Notes: generated from the sequence alone by a model not told the origin. Counted from the first letter of the whole stretch, positions 11,463 to 24,996 are shown. The stretch is DNA of 63,974 nucleotides, filler included, from Basidiobolus ranarum (GCA_040143965.1; 54 parts of 54 records of this genome joined end to end with filler, not necessarily neighbours in it); one strand, 5' to 3'. Numbers and translations are program-made.

Positions 11463-12632
11463 CCCTAACAAAAATAAAATTGATTTGATGTCGATCTCAT
11501 TCACCCTCCAAAATAGCAAAACCGTCAGAGAACCATCACAATATTGCTGGCTTGCATTCTGCCAGGGATTTTGATGGTGTGTCGGTGTAGTTGTTTTAGA
11601 TGTAAGCAGCAACTATAACTGCAATATCCCAAGGGTTTTGTGAGGTGTCCAAAGGGTGCAATAACCACGGTTGAATAACTCTAGGATGTACTGCAATATG
11701 CATCTGTCTCTTGCCTCTTGGGTCTTTGTGAAAGGGAATCAAGCCTCTAGAAATGTCTAAGGACTGATAAACCACAATGCAATGTCCAGCTTTCTGTTGA
11801 ATAATATGCTGGNNNNNNNNNNNNNNNNNNNNNNNNNNNNNNNNNNNNNNNNNNNNTTAATTAATTAANNNNNNNNNNNNNNNNNNNNNNNNNNNNNNNN
11901 NNNNNNNNNNNNTTACAGTGACAGTTACGGGTACGGGTACGGAAAGGGTACAAGTATGGATATGAATATGGTCACGGTCATGGTCATGGTATCGGAACTC
12001 CGGATATGTATGAATGCGAGATTGTGAGTCGTCGATCTGATGAGTATGATAGTACCTTAGGTTGTATTTAACTGGTAGAGGACTCTGGTGTTGTCTGCAG
12101 CCTTCAATCAATTTTCACAAACTTTTTTTTGGTCAGTCAATTGCATTCAAGTGACTATATTTCACCTCTCACTCATCGTGATTATCGGATAAAAGAAATA
12201 TAGAGTCATCATCAATTTAATTCGAAAGCTGAACCACGTTGTCAACGCTCACTCATTCAATCAACAATAGATATATAACTGCTCCTCATGACCCCATTAA
12301 TTATCAAACCATTACAAGATGTTCAATTGGTTCGTCTCGGATCATGAAATAGAGATCACTGCTAACCCAATATGTCCGTTAGTTGCACCTACTATTAATA
12401 TTTGTTTCCTGATTTGGAGAAAGGTCAATGCACGGCGTTTAATAGATATTTTAAAGTTATATATTGAATTGTGTAATATATATTAGCAATGTATATTGTG
12501 TATTGGTTAAAGGAATTTCAACATTTGCTGCACCGCTTTGCATTACCTAAACTATGGATAAACATGTCGAGATGTACTGATCTCTGACCCAGTAGAACAA
12601 ATATGGCTACAAATTTTATCAATCATAGGCAC

Positions 12633-13001
12633 TCACAAGTTACTGCGAGGCCTGCATTCATTCTCAAAGTATTCTTTTACAACTTTGCGGATGTCTAATG
12701 CACACCCGTACGAAAGAGTATAACCAGAGCCTCCATGACCGTAGTTATGAAATATTTTAGGGTTCTTATCATCTTGACCTACACGTGGCTCATCGCGGAA
12801 TGGTCGAATTCCGACGCGGTAGTAATAATCAGCAAATTCAGCCTTGGCTAAGTCTGGATATAGATTGACACATCCAACCTTCATTTTTTCTAGGTACTGA
12901 TGCTCTTTTTCATTCCACTCAAGTGTTTCTTGACCCATTTGCGCATAACCACCAAGAATAAGAATATCATCGTTTCTTGGTACGATGAACTCGAATCTTC
13001 C
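12633..13001 (-). CDS. D-amino-acid oxidase family FAD oxidoreductase, C-terminal part
   Basis: FIVPRNDDILILGG, VGIRPFR and the signature HNYGHGGSGYTLSYGCA. C-terminal -SNL resembles a PTS1 signal. CpGs are retained. Confidence 0.9.
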   Translation of the reverse strand, partial: GRFEFIVPRNDDILILGGYAQMGQETLEWNEKEHQYLEKMKVGCVNLYPDLAKAEFADYYYRVGIRPFRDEPRVGQDDKNPKIFHNYGHGGSGYTLSYGCALDIRKVVKEYFENECRPRSNL

Positions 13002-13102
13002 TNNNNNNNNNNNNNNNNNNNNNNNNNNNNNNNNNNNNNNNNNNNNTTAATTAATTAANNNNNNNNNNNNNNNNNNNNNNNNNNNNNNNNNNNNNNNNNN
13101 NN

Positions 13103-14192
13103 AGTGGTGAAATTGTGTTGAAGTATATTCTCCACCATTATCAGGATGTACTTTCTTGATTTTAGTTCCAGTTTCAGTCTCCACAAGTGCTTTAAAATGT
13201 CTAAAGACAGAGAGAGCATCTTCTTTTCTTGGCATAAAGTAGTCCCAAGTGTATCTTTTATAATCACCAATAAATGTGATTCAATATCTTTTTTCACCTA
13301 CAGATAGATTTTGCATAGGTTCACACAAATCTGATTGAATTAGATCCAATTTTTTGACAGATTTGATTAAACCAGAGCTCTTGAACAGTTGCCTGGCTTA
13401 TTTTCCATATATACAACCCTCACACATTCCTATTTTAGTTGGGGGGTTAATTTGAATTCCAGAAATTAGGCAATTTTTGATCATTTTGCCCAAATAATCA
13501 AATCCAATATGGCCAAATCTCTTATGCCATAGTTGAATAGTGTCTTGATTGGAATAACTTATAGTTATACATACACCTCTTGGATTATATGTAAGTTTGT
13601 ATATGTTTTGATCCTTTTCTCCCAAAGCTAAATAATTCCCATTTTGATCAGTGATGGTGCATCCTGACTTATCAAAATTGAATTTTAGTGCTGCTGAGGT
13701 GGCCTTGCATACAGATATTGAATTCTTGGCAATATCTAGAACATGTAGTACATTCTGAAAAGTATATAATTTCTCTTCAGAAGATCTAGTTATATTGACT
13801 TGAATTGTTCCCATTGCAATAGCATCCAATGTGCAGGCATCTCCCATGAAAACCTTTCTTATTGGGATTTCTTCATATTCCACAAACCATTGTTTTTCAT
13901 TTGTGAAAGATTGGGAAGCTCCAGAATCAATATACAATGTCTGAGAATCTTTGTTGGTAGTCATAGATAGAGCATATATGAACTAGTGATCTTCTGTTGT
14001 AACCACATTTCCAGATTCAGTATGTTTTTCATCTATTGCAATCCTTTCAAAGCAATCTTGGCTTAAATGGCCAGCTTGTTTACAACAATTGCAGAATGTG
14101 TTACTTTTCTTCTTAAAGTGCTTTTGACCCTTATAGGACGGTTTCCCATAGCCTATTGAAGCATTTTCTTCATTCTTTTGGTCGGATCCTGA
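13103..14192 (-). mobile_element. Ty1/copia pol fragment (zinc knuckle, protease, pre-integrase, integrase)
   Basis: LYIDSGASQSF, LWHKRFGHIG, CEGCIYGK and HPDNGGEYTS. Contains frameshifts. Confidence 0.92.
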
Positions 14193-14292
14193 NNNNNNNN
14201 NNNNNNNNNNNNNNNNNNNNNNNNNNNNNNNNNNNNTTAATTAATTAANNNNNNNNNNNNNNNNNNNNNNNNNNNNNNNNNNNNNNNNNNNN

Positions 14293-14493
14293 AATTTCAA
14301 ACTCATCCAAATTGCCCCAAAAATAGCTCATTATACTCCCACAGATGCTCTGACACAACCCCAGTGTTGGTTTTCTGTATTTCAACTAAAAAGTAAAAAT
14401 GCTTTATTTCTGGACAATAAACAATTATCTCACAATGCTATTCAAAGCTTCACTTTTCTAAAGTTCCTCCAAACAGCCCATATTTTCCCAACA
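14293..14493 (+). repeat. Copia LTR family F, 3' part (ends CCCAACA)
   Basis: Matches 55178..55379. Confidence 0.75.
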
Positions 14494-14502
14494 GATAGAT
14501 CT

Positions 14503-15382
14503 CCCAAACAAAAATAAAATTCATTTTATCTGGATCCAATCTACCCTTCTGGATTGCAAAATCATCAGGGAACCATCATAACATTGGTGGCTTGCATTCT
14601 GCCATGGATTTTGATGGTGAGACAGTAGCCTGATGGTATTTAAATATGGTAAAATTTTGATCCCCATTTTTGGCATGCATTATTTAATTTCCGGTAATTT
14701 TTGCAAAAACTGATTTTTGAATGGCAAATAACTGGGTTTACTGCTGTAGGAACTTGAATTTATATGTATGACTTTATTTAAATGTTTTAGGCTTTATATT
14801 CCGGCCATAATGAAATCAAAAAATACATGAAACATGTTGTGTTTAGTCTTTATATATGCATATACTTGACTGATTGGACATAACTCTACAACATCAATAT
14901 GCTATACCAGTGGACTAACAGTGGAAAAATTGCTAAACATCTGAAATTTTGAATTGCACTGACACTTGGCAAATAGCTGACTATTGTTACCATTCACAAT
15001 GAGAATAAGCTCTTGGAGTTTGGCAAATTTCTGTCAAGAGTTCAGCCAAATTATCCCTACTTGCAGTAAACAAATGTCCTGCCAGAAGTAGATTTGTCAT
15101 TGTTTGAATAGATTACCCCATGGCCAAAACAATGATACCATGTATCTTGATCTATGTTACTAAGAAGTCTGTAACATTTGGCAAATGGTAGATGTTTGTT
15201 ACCATTTGCAATGAGAATAAGCTCTTGGATTTTGGCAAATTTCCATAAAGAATTCAGCCAATATATCCCCAACTAGCAGTCAACAAATGTCCTGCCACAA
15301 GTAGATGTGTCATTGCTTGAATAGATTACCCCATGGCTAAAACAATAATATTGTGTATCTTGATCTATCTCACCAAGAAGTC
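14503..15382 (-). mobile_element. CACTA element right arm with an internal partial duplication
   Basis: TIR CCCAAACAAAAAT at 14503. The GIYWLNSL...QELILI segment is present twice (about 14960..15170 and 15170..15382). Confidence 0.75.
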
Positions 15383-15482
15383 NNNNNNNNNNNNNNNNNN
15401 NNNNNNNNNNNNNNNNNNNNNNNNNNTTAATTAATTAANNNNNNNNNNNNNNNNNNNNNNNNNNNNNNNNNNNNNNNNNNNN

Positions 15483-15748
15483 AACCTTGGGTATGAAGAA
15501 CTCTATAAAAATATTCAGGAGAATATATCAAAGAGACTAGGGATTTTGAAGGTGACAAATTAGCATTCAAGTGGTAATTGTGTAAAATTTGAGGTATGTC
15601 TTTTGCACATATGTTGATACATAGCTCACTGAGATTGTAGCCAATCATGCACAACTATTTTGCAAGATCTTGGAATTTCACTGCTGAAACTGAATAAATT
15701 GATTGAAATCAAGTTTCACTTGACGATTTTATGATGGTAAGTAAATGG
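15483..15748 (+). mobile_element. Family I 3' region continuous with CACTA arm B
   Basis: The start matches 11416..11456 and the remainder matches 30933..31110 and 46339..46445. Confidence 0.65.
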
Positions 15749-16572
15749 TGTAGTGTGGGATAGGGGTGTTAACTTAAATATTCAGTAGTAAAGCTTAATC
15801 CCACTACAAATCTCCAGCAAAGCTGAATTTTTATACTGAAAGCTTAAAAATATAGATAGGAGATGTATTCTTCACTCTATCTTTAAAGGGTAAAGACACA
15901 CTTTAGTATGTCAATAGCCTGAAGACTTTATGAGAAAAGATTATTTCTGTTAATAGAACTATCAAAAATCCTCAATACTACAAGGGTAGATAAAACTCTG
16001 GTGGTTTCTCTAACTTGAAGTCTGAAGAAAATGATAGAGCTCTTTTGAGATTGGGAAAGACTTTGATTAAGAGTTTGATATATTCTGTGACTGTAAAAGT
16101 GAAGATAACTATGAACAAATCTTTACTGCAATCTTCAATAGTCAAGCCTAGTTGAGTTGCAATAGAAATCTTTATTATCATACTATGATACAGGGTAGAA
16201 TATCTAGTTAAGGAAAGGATAAAAATATGCTGCAGTTTTGGATGGTGCTAAGGCTAGAAGCTTTTTCAATAGGGGGAAGGGTTGCATATATAAAGAAACA
16301 GCTTAGAATAAATGCTATGAATTGGTGGCTGAGAATAAATGCTATCAGTGGGTGGCTTAGCATTGAAGTGCCAATATGTTCACCAATATGACTGCTGAAT
16401 ATTTGAAACTTTGAACATATTAGCATCACGTACTGTTGCAGCTCTGTGAAATATTTGAAGAGAATCCGTTGGCTGGTTCAAATGTTATCACTAACTCTGA
16501 GAGCATCTTGAGGTCCTGAATTCCTGTGTTCTGAATATATGCTAGTGTGGCTTTTTGTGTTGGCAATTTTGA
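15749..16572 (-). repeat. Gypsy LTR family E (ends CACACTACA)
   Basis: Reverse complement of 51073..51375. A related copy ends at 43801. Confidence 0.75.
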
Positions 16573-16823
16573 NNNNNNNNNNNNNNNNNNNNNNNNNNNN
16601 NNNNNNNNNNNNNNNNTTAATTAATTAANNNNNNNNNNNNNNNNNNNNNNNNNNNNNNNNNNNNNNNNNNNNCAGATGTGTTCCTTTCCAGCAATAGTGC
16701 AAGTGAAGAGATTGTAATCCCCCAATTACACAGTAAATCAATAGTTGAGTAAAGCACAAACAAAACACTGTCAAGACCATCATCTTCCAAAATGGCTATT
16801 TTGCCCGCTATTGAACAACTCTC

Positions 16824-17762
16824 TGTTGTAGTTTAATATACAATTTCTTTGCAATTTCAAATAAATAAAATAATTGAAGCAAACCTATATTTATTCTTAC
16901 AGAATGTTGGGAATTTCATCATGATAATTATATTTTTGGATAATATCAAGCACAAACCAGATCAATCCATAATATGTAAACTCAATTCAAAATTGTTATT
17001 ATGATTTTCTCATTGTAGCAGCTTAAGCATAAGTTAAGTAAAAACATTCCAAATTATCAGTGTATCAGTACTATCAGTAAATCAGTATTAATCCCAGATC
17101 AGTGCTATCAGTACCATCAGTTATCAATTATCTAGATCCCAATTAATGTTAGTCAGCAGACATATCATGTTGCAGCAGTTAGTGATTGTTGGTCACATGA
17201 TATTTTTATATCATATTCCATGGAATGTTATATGAACAAGTCCCCTCCCTACTGTTAGGTCACATGATCATCTTGACTGTGCCATCCTATAATGTATCAT
17301 CTAATTGCTATGCCACTGCAGGATGTCTTGGCTAAGAATTGTGCCATTGCAGTATGATGTAGCTAGATCCTGATATATTAATTATAAATGAAATCTGTGG
17401 ATGGGTCATTACTTATCTGACCCATCAGTTTAAGTATAAATACAGGAGTATCTCCCTAAAAAAAACTTCAGCCCAGTTTTAATCAATAGAATACTGGCTT
17501 ACTTAACCCCTATATATTTCTTAGCTATTTATGAATTATGACATTGGTAGCCACAACACTGTTTCCTCCGCTGTGAAGAAGTACCTTTGCCTTGTCTGAG
17601 ACACCTCAATGGCAATCTTCTATAGATCAGATCATTATACAGCAGTCCCAACTGTGGCAGCCTTTGAGCCAGCAACAGCAAGGAAATGCTAATGCTAACC
17701 AGAGCCTACTAGGACCAACTATGTCAAGAAGTACAATCAGTATCAAAGTTGAACAGTACCAT
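16824..17762 (+). mobile_element. Putative LTR (TGTTG...GACA, to 17543), PBS TGGTAGC and start of a gag-like ORF
   Basis: Interrupts family A at 16824. TG..CA-bounded segment with a TATAAA motif, followed by TGGTAGCCAC and a Gln-rich ORF from 17592. Confidence 0.45.
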
Positions 17763-17862
17763 NNNNNNNNNNNNNNNNNNNNNNNNNNNNNNNNNNNNNN
17801 NNNNNNTTAATTAATTAANNNNNNNNNNNNNNNNNNNNNNNNNNNNNNNNNNNNNNNNNNNN

Positions 17863-18952
17863 TTGGATTCCCACTGCTTATCAGGAATTGGATGTGGCTG
17901 TAGGAGGCTATAGAGCTGGTCTCTTGGAGTCTTCACTCAAGCACAAGTATCACAGGTGGACACATAAGTCATAACAAATGCAAACATTTTGGGCCACCAT
18001 TACTCCCTGGATGCCAACATATATAATTTGGCAATACAAAAGTGTCTTGCAAGTAGTGAGGCATGTCTTTCCTGCTTGATGTTGAGTCTGGAAGTGTGGT
18101 CTGGAATGTAAAGGCACTATTTATAAAACAAGAGATCATTGATGGTAGAGAAATGTCAATACATGTTCAAGCTTGAGTGGCCTTTGGGTGATTCCTGGGC
18201 TTTCTTCATTGATAATACCATTAGGTTTTTAGATTGAAGTTTGCAGATATCTACATGGAGTGAGCTTTAACTAGCCAGAGAAAGGCCAGTTGCATTAATT
18301 TGAAGTTGGTTGGGCTTCAGTAAGGAAGTATTTTGTTGGCCAAAGGTCTCATCCCCTTTTTTAGGCTGATATTCTGCACTACATAATCAGGCATCAGGTT
18401 TTCCTTGCTGGCTACCTGGACAATATATATTTGCCAAATCAAAACTGGCAATAAATAATGAAGATCTTGCTTCACAGTGGTTGAGAACTTTGGTGGTACT
18501 AAAATACTGAAGATTCTAATGATCACAATAGACTGTGAATGGGTGATTTGCTCCATCCAAGTATTGTTGCCATTGTTCAAATGCAGCAATTATTGCTAAC
18601 AGGAACTTGTCACAGACGTCATAAGTGAATTCTGCTGCAGAGAACTTTCTTGAGTACAAAGCAACCGGGTGCGGTAAGTTTTCATCACTATACTGTGATA
18701 GCACTGCTCCTAGAGCAAAGTCAGATGCAGCTGTTTCAACAATATATGGCTTGCCTAGCTCAAGATAAGCCAGGATTGGTGCTGAGGTAGAAGCATTCTT
18801 TAAAGTTACAAATGCTTGTTGGCAAGATGAGTTCCAGTCAAATAGGAGGTCGTTCTTGGTAAGGTTTGTTAATGGAGCAGATATTTTGGAGTAGTTCTTG
18901 ACAAACCATTGGTCAAAATTGCAAATCCAAGGAAGAATTGGACATCCTTCAC
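17863..18952 (-). mobile_element. Ty3/gypsy RT-RNase H-integrase zinc-domain fragment, degenerate
   Basis: HPVALYSRKFSAAE, LLAIIAAFEQWQQYLDG, TVYCDH. Near-copy of 60532..61612. Confidence 0.9.
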
Positions 18953-19052
18953 NNNNNNNNNNNNNNNNNNNNNNNNNNNNNNNNNNNNNNNNNNNNTTAA
19001 TTAATTAANNNNNNNNNNNNNNNNNNNNNNNNNNNNNNNNNNNNNNNNNNNN

Positions 19053-19258
19053 CCTTACCCAGCTTCAGACAAGTTTATCAATAAGTACCATTTATCCAAG
19101 CAAGAATTCATAGTGGATACCTGCACATCTGTAAAATCATAAGGCACATGCTGCTTTGCACCACCCACACCTTCATTCAACTGTACACACAAAATTTTGG
19201 AAGTGATGGTTTCCTGTACCAAAGTAGGTTGTGAATGAGGAAGAATCTGTTTTGACAT
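19053..19258 (-). mobile_element. Divergent accessory ORF of the Harbinger-like element (N-terminus)
   Basis: MSKQILPHSQPTL... is conserved at 32119..32288 at a similar position upstream of the DDE ORF. Confidence 0.6.
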
Positions 19259-19615
19259 GATACGTCACTACCATATATATCTATGATGTTAGACTTTATT
19301 GTTTTCAATCAGAATTAGGGATCTTTTTATATTATTGGTTAAAATGTCAAAGTTAGTTTCCTATATTGTGAACAAGCATAATGCATTCTGCTTTGAGCCG
19401 TTTTGATATGTATGCTAAATAAATTGATTTGGATCAAACTATGATCAACTGTGCTGATGCAGTTTATTATATAATTTACATGCAATTACATATAATTGAA
19501 ATAATTAGGTTAATAAACACAAACAGAAATTTTATTACACATAATGTAGGGAATTTTACCATGATTATTGAAATTCTTATATAAATAACTTGCTTGCGCC
19601 AGATCAATCAGTATT

Positions 19616-20141
19616 GTGCAAGCTAGATGCAAGAATAATATCATGCTCTCCATTGACTCTAAATGGTCATTCCTTATTAATCCAAAAGTAACTACTGGCT
19701 TTCCTATCACCACCCTAGAAGCTATATTTGAGAAATACTGTCACTCATATACTCCAATACCTGCCAGAAAGCAGCTAGTCAGTTTGTTTCGTTACTACAA
19801 CAACTATTGTCCAATCAGACTTCAGTGCACTATTAATGGTGGAAAAAGTGGGAGAAGCTTCCATACTATGCTTCAAGTAAGTGAGAATATCTAGCTTCAG
19901 TGACAAATGATGTCGAAGGTGCCTGGGACAAAAGATTTAGAGACTCTAATTTCCTTCCATTTCCTGGAGTATTTCCCAATAGAGTTCATATCAGAAGTAT
20001 TCTTGACACGTTTCTAGTCAGAATTAACAGGCCCAAAAGCAACCAAAAGCTATTCTATTCCGGCAAGTACAAAGCCCACTGTGTAAAGTTCCAGGCTTTG
20101 ACAGATTTGGAAGTAAACATCATTTGGTTTAGTGGGCCACA
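19616..20141 (+). mobile_element. PIF/Harbinger/ISL2EU DDE (DDE_Tnp_4-type) transposase remnant
   Basis: SILDTF-VRINRPKSNQKLFYSGKYKAHCVKFQALTDLEVNIIWFSGP. Confidence 0.85.
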
Positions 20142-21430
20142 NNNNNNNNNNNNNNNNNNNNNNNNNNNNNNNNNNNNNNNNNNNNTTAATTAATTAANNN
20201 NNNNNNNNNNNNNNNNNNNNNNNNNNNNNNNNNNNNNNNNNCAAGTGTAAATCCAAACATTAGCTCTCATAGTTGCATATAAATGTCTAATAGCAGTCAG
20301 AAAAAATAGCCATCCACCTAATAAGACTGATGGGCAATCAACTCCTACAACAGTGCTGACATCTACTGAACCATCTACTGCAGGCCTTCAATTGCCACAA
20401 CCAGAAAACCAAAGAAGAGGTAGAAGAAGAGGTTGAAGGGTAGGGGGCCATGGTAGGAGAGGAAGAAGTGATAGGCAAACATGTTTGCAAAGTATTCCAG
20501 AAAGTCAGCTAAGTTCATAACAATGCACAATAACCACTGTGACAAATGATCATTTAGCTGAAGCCTACAAACATGATAAGGAAGCATAAACCAAGTATTG
20601 AGAGGGGATACTTCACAAAGTTCTTCTAGACATGTGTAGACAAATTCAGCAGCTATAGGGATCCCTAACTGAGGCAAGGCAAAGATTTACCAAGCTAGAT
20701 GGCTATAAAGACAGTAGATTTATTCTTTGGGGGGGAAGAAAAGCACCGTATGGTGTGAACATTATTTAGCTTAAATACTATTCCAAACAAAACAACTATC
20801 AACACATTAATCCTTTACAATACTGTGACACTTAGGGTATAGATGTTCTGGTAAGGGTAAGGGAAGGTTGTTGTGCACAAACATACAAAGTTGCTTAAAC
20901 TTACACCCTTTCTATACAACTTGTTGGAATATCAGTTTAGTTTATCATTATTGCTAACTAGTCACCTGACCTTATTCAGTGATTTATCATGTGATCTATC
21001 ATGTGACTAAAAGTCTATTTTCTTATCCCTTCTATCAGATCATACAATCAATCACATGATCATTATTCAATCAGTATTAACCTCTGAGTCATCTGCCTAG
21101 ACACAAGTCAATTTGAGTCACAAGATTCATAACCAGTGATCTTTCACTACCAAGACTTCAGCTGATGCATGACTCACTTATCTATCTATATATCTATCCA
21201 ATCACATTTTCTTTTATTTGAATTAGTCATCTAATATCTTGGTGCTGACTAATTCACTTTGCTATCAAAAAGTATAAATAAAGCTAACTGAACCTTTTGG
21301 TTTAGTGTGTGTCTCAACAAATATAGGATCNNNNNNNNNNNNNNNNNNNNNNNNNNNNNNNNNNNNNNNNNNNNTTAATTAATTAANNNNNNNNNNNNNN
21401 NNNNNNNNNNNNNNNNNNNNNNNNNNNNNN

Positions 21431-21608
21431 TAAACTACCATCATGTCCAAATGGTGGTTTGGCTTTTGGCAGTGATCTGAAAAACCTGAAGTCATGCACT
21501 GTTTGCACACAATTGGGAATTACTGAGTCATGTAATTATTTTCATATTTGGCTTATATACTGTTGATTCCTCATCTGAAAAGTTTTGATGAAATCACCCA
21601 AATATAGA
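21431..21608 (+). mobile_element. CACTA transposase N-terminal remnant
   Basis: Matches 28560..28740 (DLKNLKSCTVCTQL...YILLIPHLK). Confidence 0.7.
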
Positions 21609-22366
21609 CCCTAATAAAAATAAAATTTATTTGATCTGGATTGGATCCACCCTCCAAAATAGCAAAACCATCAGAGAGCTGTCACAATATTGGTGGCTTG
21701 CATTCTGCCAGGGATTTTGCTGGTGTAACAATGATTTCTTGATGGTATTTTGATGGTATTCATATATGTTAAAATATTGATCCTCAACTTTGCTATGAGT
21801 CATTCAATATCCAGCAATCTTTGCAAAAAAAATTTTTGATTGGTAAAATACTGGGTTTACTGCTGTAGGAATTCAAATTAATATGCATGCCTTTATTTAG
21901 ATATTTTAGGCTTTGTATTCCAGCAATAACAAGAATCAAAAAATACAAGAGTCTTGTTGTGTTTAGTCTCTACATATGCAAATACTTGACTGATCAGACA
22001 TAACTCAAAAACATCAATATGCTTTACCAGCAAACTAGTGGTGGAAAAATTGCTAAACATCTGAAATCTGGAATAGCACTGACACTTGGCAAATAGCGGA
22101 ATCATTGTACCATTCACAATGAGAATAAGCTCCTGGATTTTGGTAAATTGCCATAAAGAATTCAGCCAATATATCCCTGGCTCGCAGTCAACAAATGTTC
22201 TGCCACAAATAGATGTGTCATTGCTTGAATAGATTACCCCATGGCTAAAATGATAATAATGTGTATCTCCATCCATCTCACCAAGAAGTATGTCTTGCAG
22301 CTTTCCTAAAAATACCATCAGATTATCACAGAAGCAAATTAATCCAATTATAAAGATACTTACTCT
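21609..22366 (-). mobile_element. CACTA right arm with terminus C; LTR family G begins at 22367
   Basis: TIR at 21609 and ORF 21893..22318. TGTTGAAATTAGG at 22367 is shared with 47676 and 48443. Confidence 0.75.
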
Positions 22367-22619
22367 TGTTGAAATTAGGTAAATAGCAACACATTATTTA
22401 GTAGTTAGTTTATTCATATTCTGATTATTTAGTACTCATTTCTGTCATTCAAAAACGTGTGTTTATTGCTCTAATTGATAGAAATATCAATTGGATCACT
22501 TTTACCAATTTTCACTATTNNNNNNNNNNNNNNNNNNNNNNNNNNNNNNNNNNNNNNNNNNNNTTAATTAATTAANNNNNNNNNNNNNNNNNNNNNNNNN
22601 NNNNNNNNNNNNNNNNNNN

Positions 22620-23708
22620 CACCATACCATTTGTCACTTGTCAGTAGTCTTTAGCAATTCTTTACCACTTCGTAGACTCATTCCCCTTTTAGTGCCCTCC
22701 CAAACCCCACGTTTTGTATGACCATACAGTATGTCACATATCAGCAGTGTATACCTTTTCGTAGACTTTGCTATCAGTGTTTCCCATCGTCTCTAGCACT
22801 TTATAAACTCTTCTTTAAGCCTTTCCCATACTGGGCGTTTGTTATCACCATACCCTTTGTCTTTTGTCAGCAGGCTTTAGCTCTTAGTAGACTTCGCTAT
22901 TGGTGTTTCCCGTACCCGACATTTGCTTGTCAGCAGTCTTTACGCTTCGTAGACATTCTTTAAGTAGTTCCCACGCCCAAAGTTTGTTATCATCATACCC
23001 TTTATCATTTGCCAGTTATCTTTAGCACTTTGTAGACTATCCAGTAAGTGTTTCCCCTACCCTTCGTTTGTTGCGGCACCTTACCATTTGTCGTTTGTCA
23101 GTAGTCTTTAGCACTTCTTACACCCAACCTTAAACATATTCCATGCCCATCATTTATCCATTAAGTGTTTCCTCTACCCTTCGTTTGTTGTCACCTTACT
23201 CTTTTTCATTTTTCACCAGTCTTTAGCACTTTATAAACTCTTCTTTAAGTGTTTCCCATACCTAAGCATTTCCCATACCGGACATTTGTTATCACCATAC
23301 CCTTTGTCTTTTGTCAGCAGGCTTTAGCTCTTAGTAGACTTCGCTATTAAAGTTTCCCGTGCCCGACGTTTGCTATCACATACCTTTCATCCTTTGTCAA
23401 TAGTATTTAGTGCTTTGTAGACTTTTCTTAAAGTGTTGCTCATACCCGTCGTTTGTTAACACCATACCTTTTATCATTTGTGAGCAGTCCTTAAGACTCG
23501 TAAACTGTTTCACAAGTGTTTCCCATACCGCTTGGTTTTTAGCAGCATGCTTTTCTCTTTTATAAATAGGTTTTGCACTTTGTAGCATCTACTTTAAATG
23601 TTTCCCAGCGCTTTGTGGACTCTACTTTAAGTGCTTTCCATACCCATTGTTTCTTAGCACCATACTCTTTGTCACTTATCGGTGGTTTTTAGCATTACAC
23701 ACACTCTT
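22620..23708 (+). repeat. Degenerate satellite/minisatellite array, unit about 80 bp
   Basis: Recurring CATACCYTTTGTCATTTGTCAGCAGTCTTTAGCACTTTGTAGACT...AAGTGTTTCCCATACC motif, about 13 units, filling the whole contig. Confidence 0.85.
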
Positions 23709-23808
23709 NNNNNNNNNNNNNNNNNNNNNNNNNNNNNNNNNNNNNNNNNNNNTTAATTAATTAANNNNNNNNNNNNNNNNNNNNNNNNNNNNNNNNNNNN
23801 NNNNNNNN

Positions 23809-24896
23809 AAAAGAGCAAAACCATCAGAGAACTGTCACAATATTGGTGGCTTGCATTCTACCAGGGATTTTGATGGTGTCACAGCAGTTTCTTGACAGTA
23901 TTTTTATGGTATTCATACATGTCAACACATTGATCCTCAAATTTGGCATGCATTAGTCAATATCTGGGAATTTTTGTAAAAATATAATTTTCAAATGGTA
24001 AATTACTGGGTTTACTGCTGTGGGAATTCAAATTAATATGCAAGCCTTTATTTAGATATTTTAGGCGTTGTATTCCAGCCATAATCAGAATCAAAAAATT
24101 CAAGAATCTTTTTGTGTTCAGTCTCTACATATGCACATACTTGACTGATTAGACATAACTCAACAATATCAATATGCTTTACCAGCAAACTAATGGTGGA
24201 AAAATTGCTGAATATCTGAAATATTGAATAGAACTGACACTTGCAAAGAGCTGCCTCTTGTTACCATTCACAATCAGAATAAGCTCCTGGATTTTGGCAA
24301 ATTTCTGTAAAGAATTCAGCCAATATATCCCTAACTTGCAGTCAACAAATGTCCTGCCACAAGTAGATTAGTCATTGCTGGAAGAGTTTACCCCTAGGCT
24401 AAAACAATGATACAGGGTATCTTGATCTATCTCATCAAGAAGTCTGTCTTGCAGCTGTCCTCAAAATACCATCAGATTATCACACAAGCAAATTAGTCTG
24501 ATTATAGAGGTACTTACTCTGTGTCCATGGATTGGGCTTTGTTGCTGTTATTGTGCTCAAACAATCCAAAAACCCACAAGCACATTGAAAAGAGCCCTTT
24601 GTGGGCAGGTTAATATACTCTGGAGTCTCCTTTACCCAATGCATTATATCCATCACTGATTTTGCTGATACATTGTTTATCAGATTAGCATATGGAAAAA
24701 CTGACGATTTCACACAGAGCATCATTTCACCACAGGTGTGCTCCATTGGGAACTCCCAGAATGTACAGCAAGGGCCTATAATCTCTAAGCATTGTAAAGA
24801 TGTAGCAGGGAATGTATTAAATACTGGCAGAGATTCAGTCTATCTTCTTTAAACCTGTAATAAAGTTTTTCATATCCAATTACAAAATCTTTGCAC
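23809..24896 (-). mobile_element. CACTA/EnSpm transposase C-terminal region plus right arm
   Basis: Minus strand reads EDRLNLCQYLIHSLLHL / IGPCCTFWEFPMEHTCGEM, matching the HxLLH...GP..W.FPMER.CG motif of Tnp2 transposases. It continues into the GIYWLNSL repeat. Confidence 0.85.
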
Positions 24897-24996
24897 NNNN
24901 NNNNNNNNNNNNNNNNNNNNNNNNNNNNNNNNNNNNNNNNTTAATTAATTAANNNNNNNNNNNNNNNNNNNNNNNNNNNNNNNNNNNNNNNNNNNN

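Noticed and set aside
11913-12111. His/Tyr/Gly low-complexity ORF
   Set aside because: Short hexamer-like repeats are open in several frames, with no support for a specific product.
22620-23708. Repeat array as a CRISPR locus
   Set aside because: Units are degenerate along their whole length with no unique spacers, there are no cas genes, and the context is eukaryotic.
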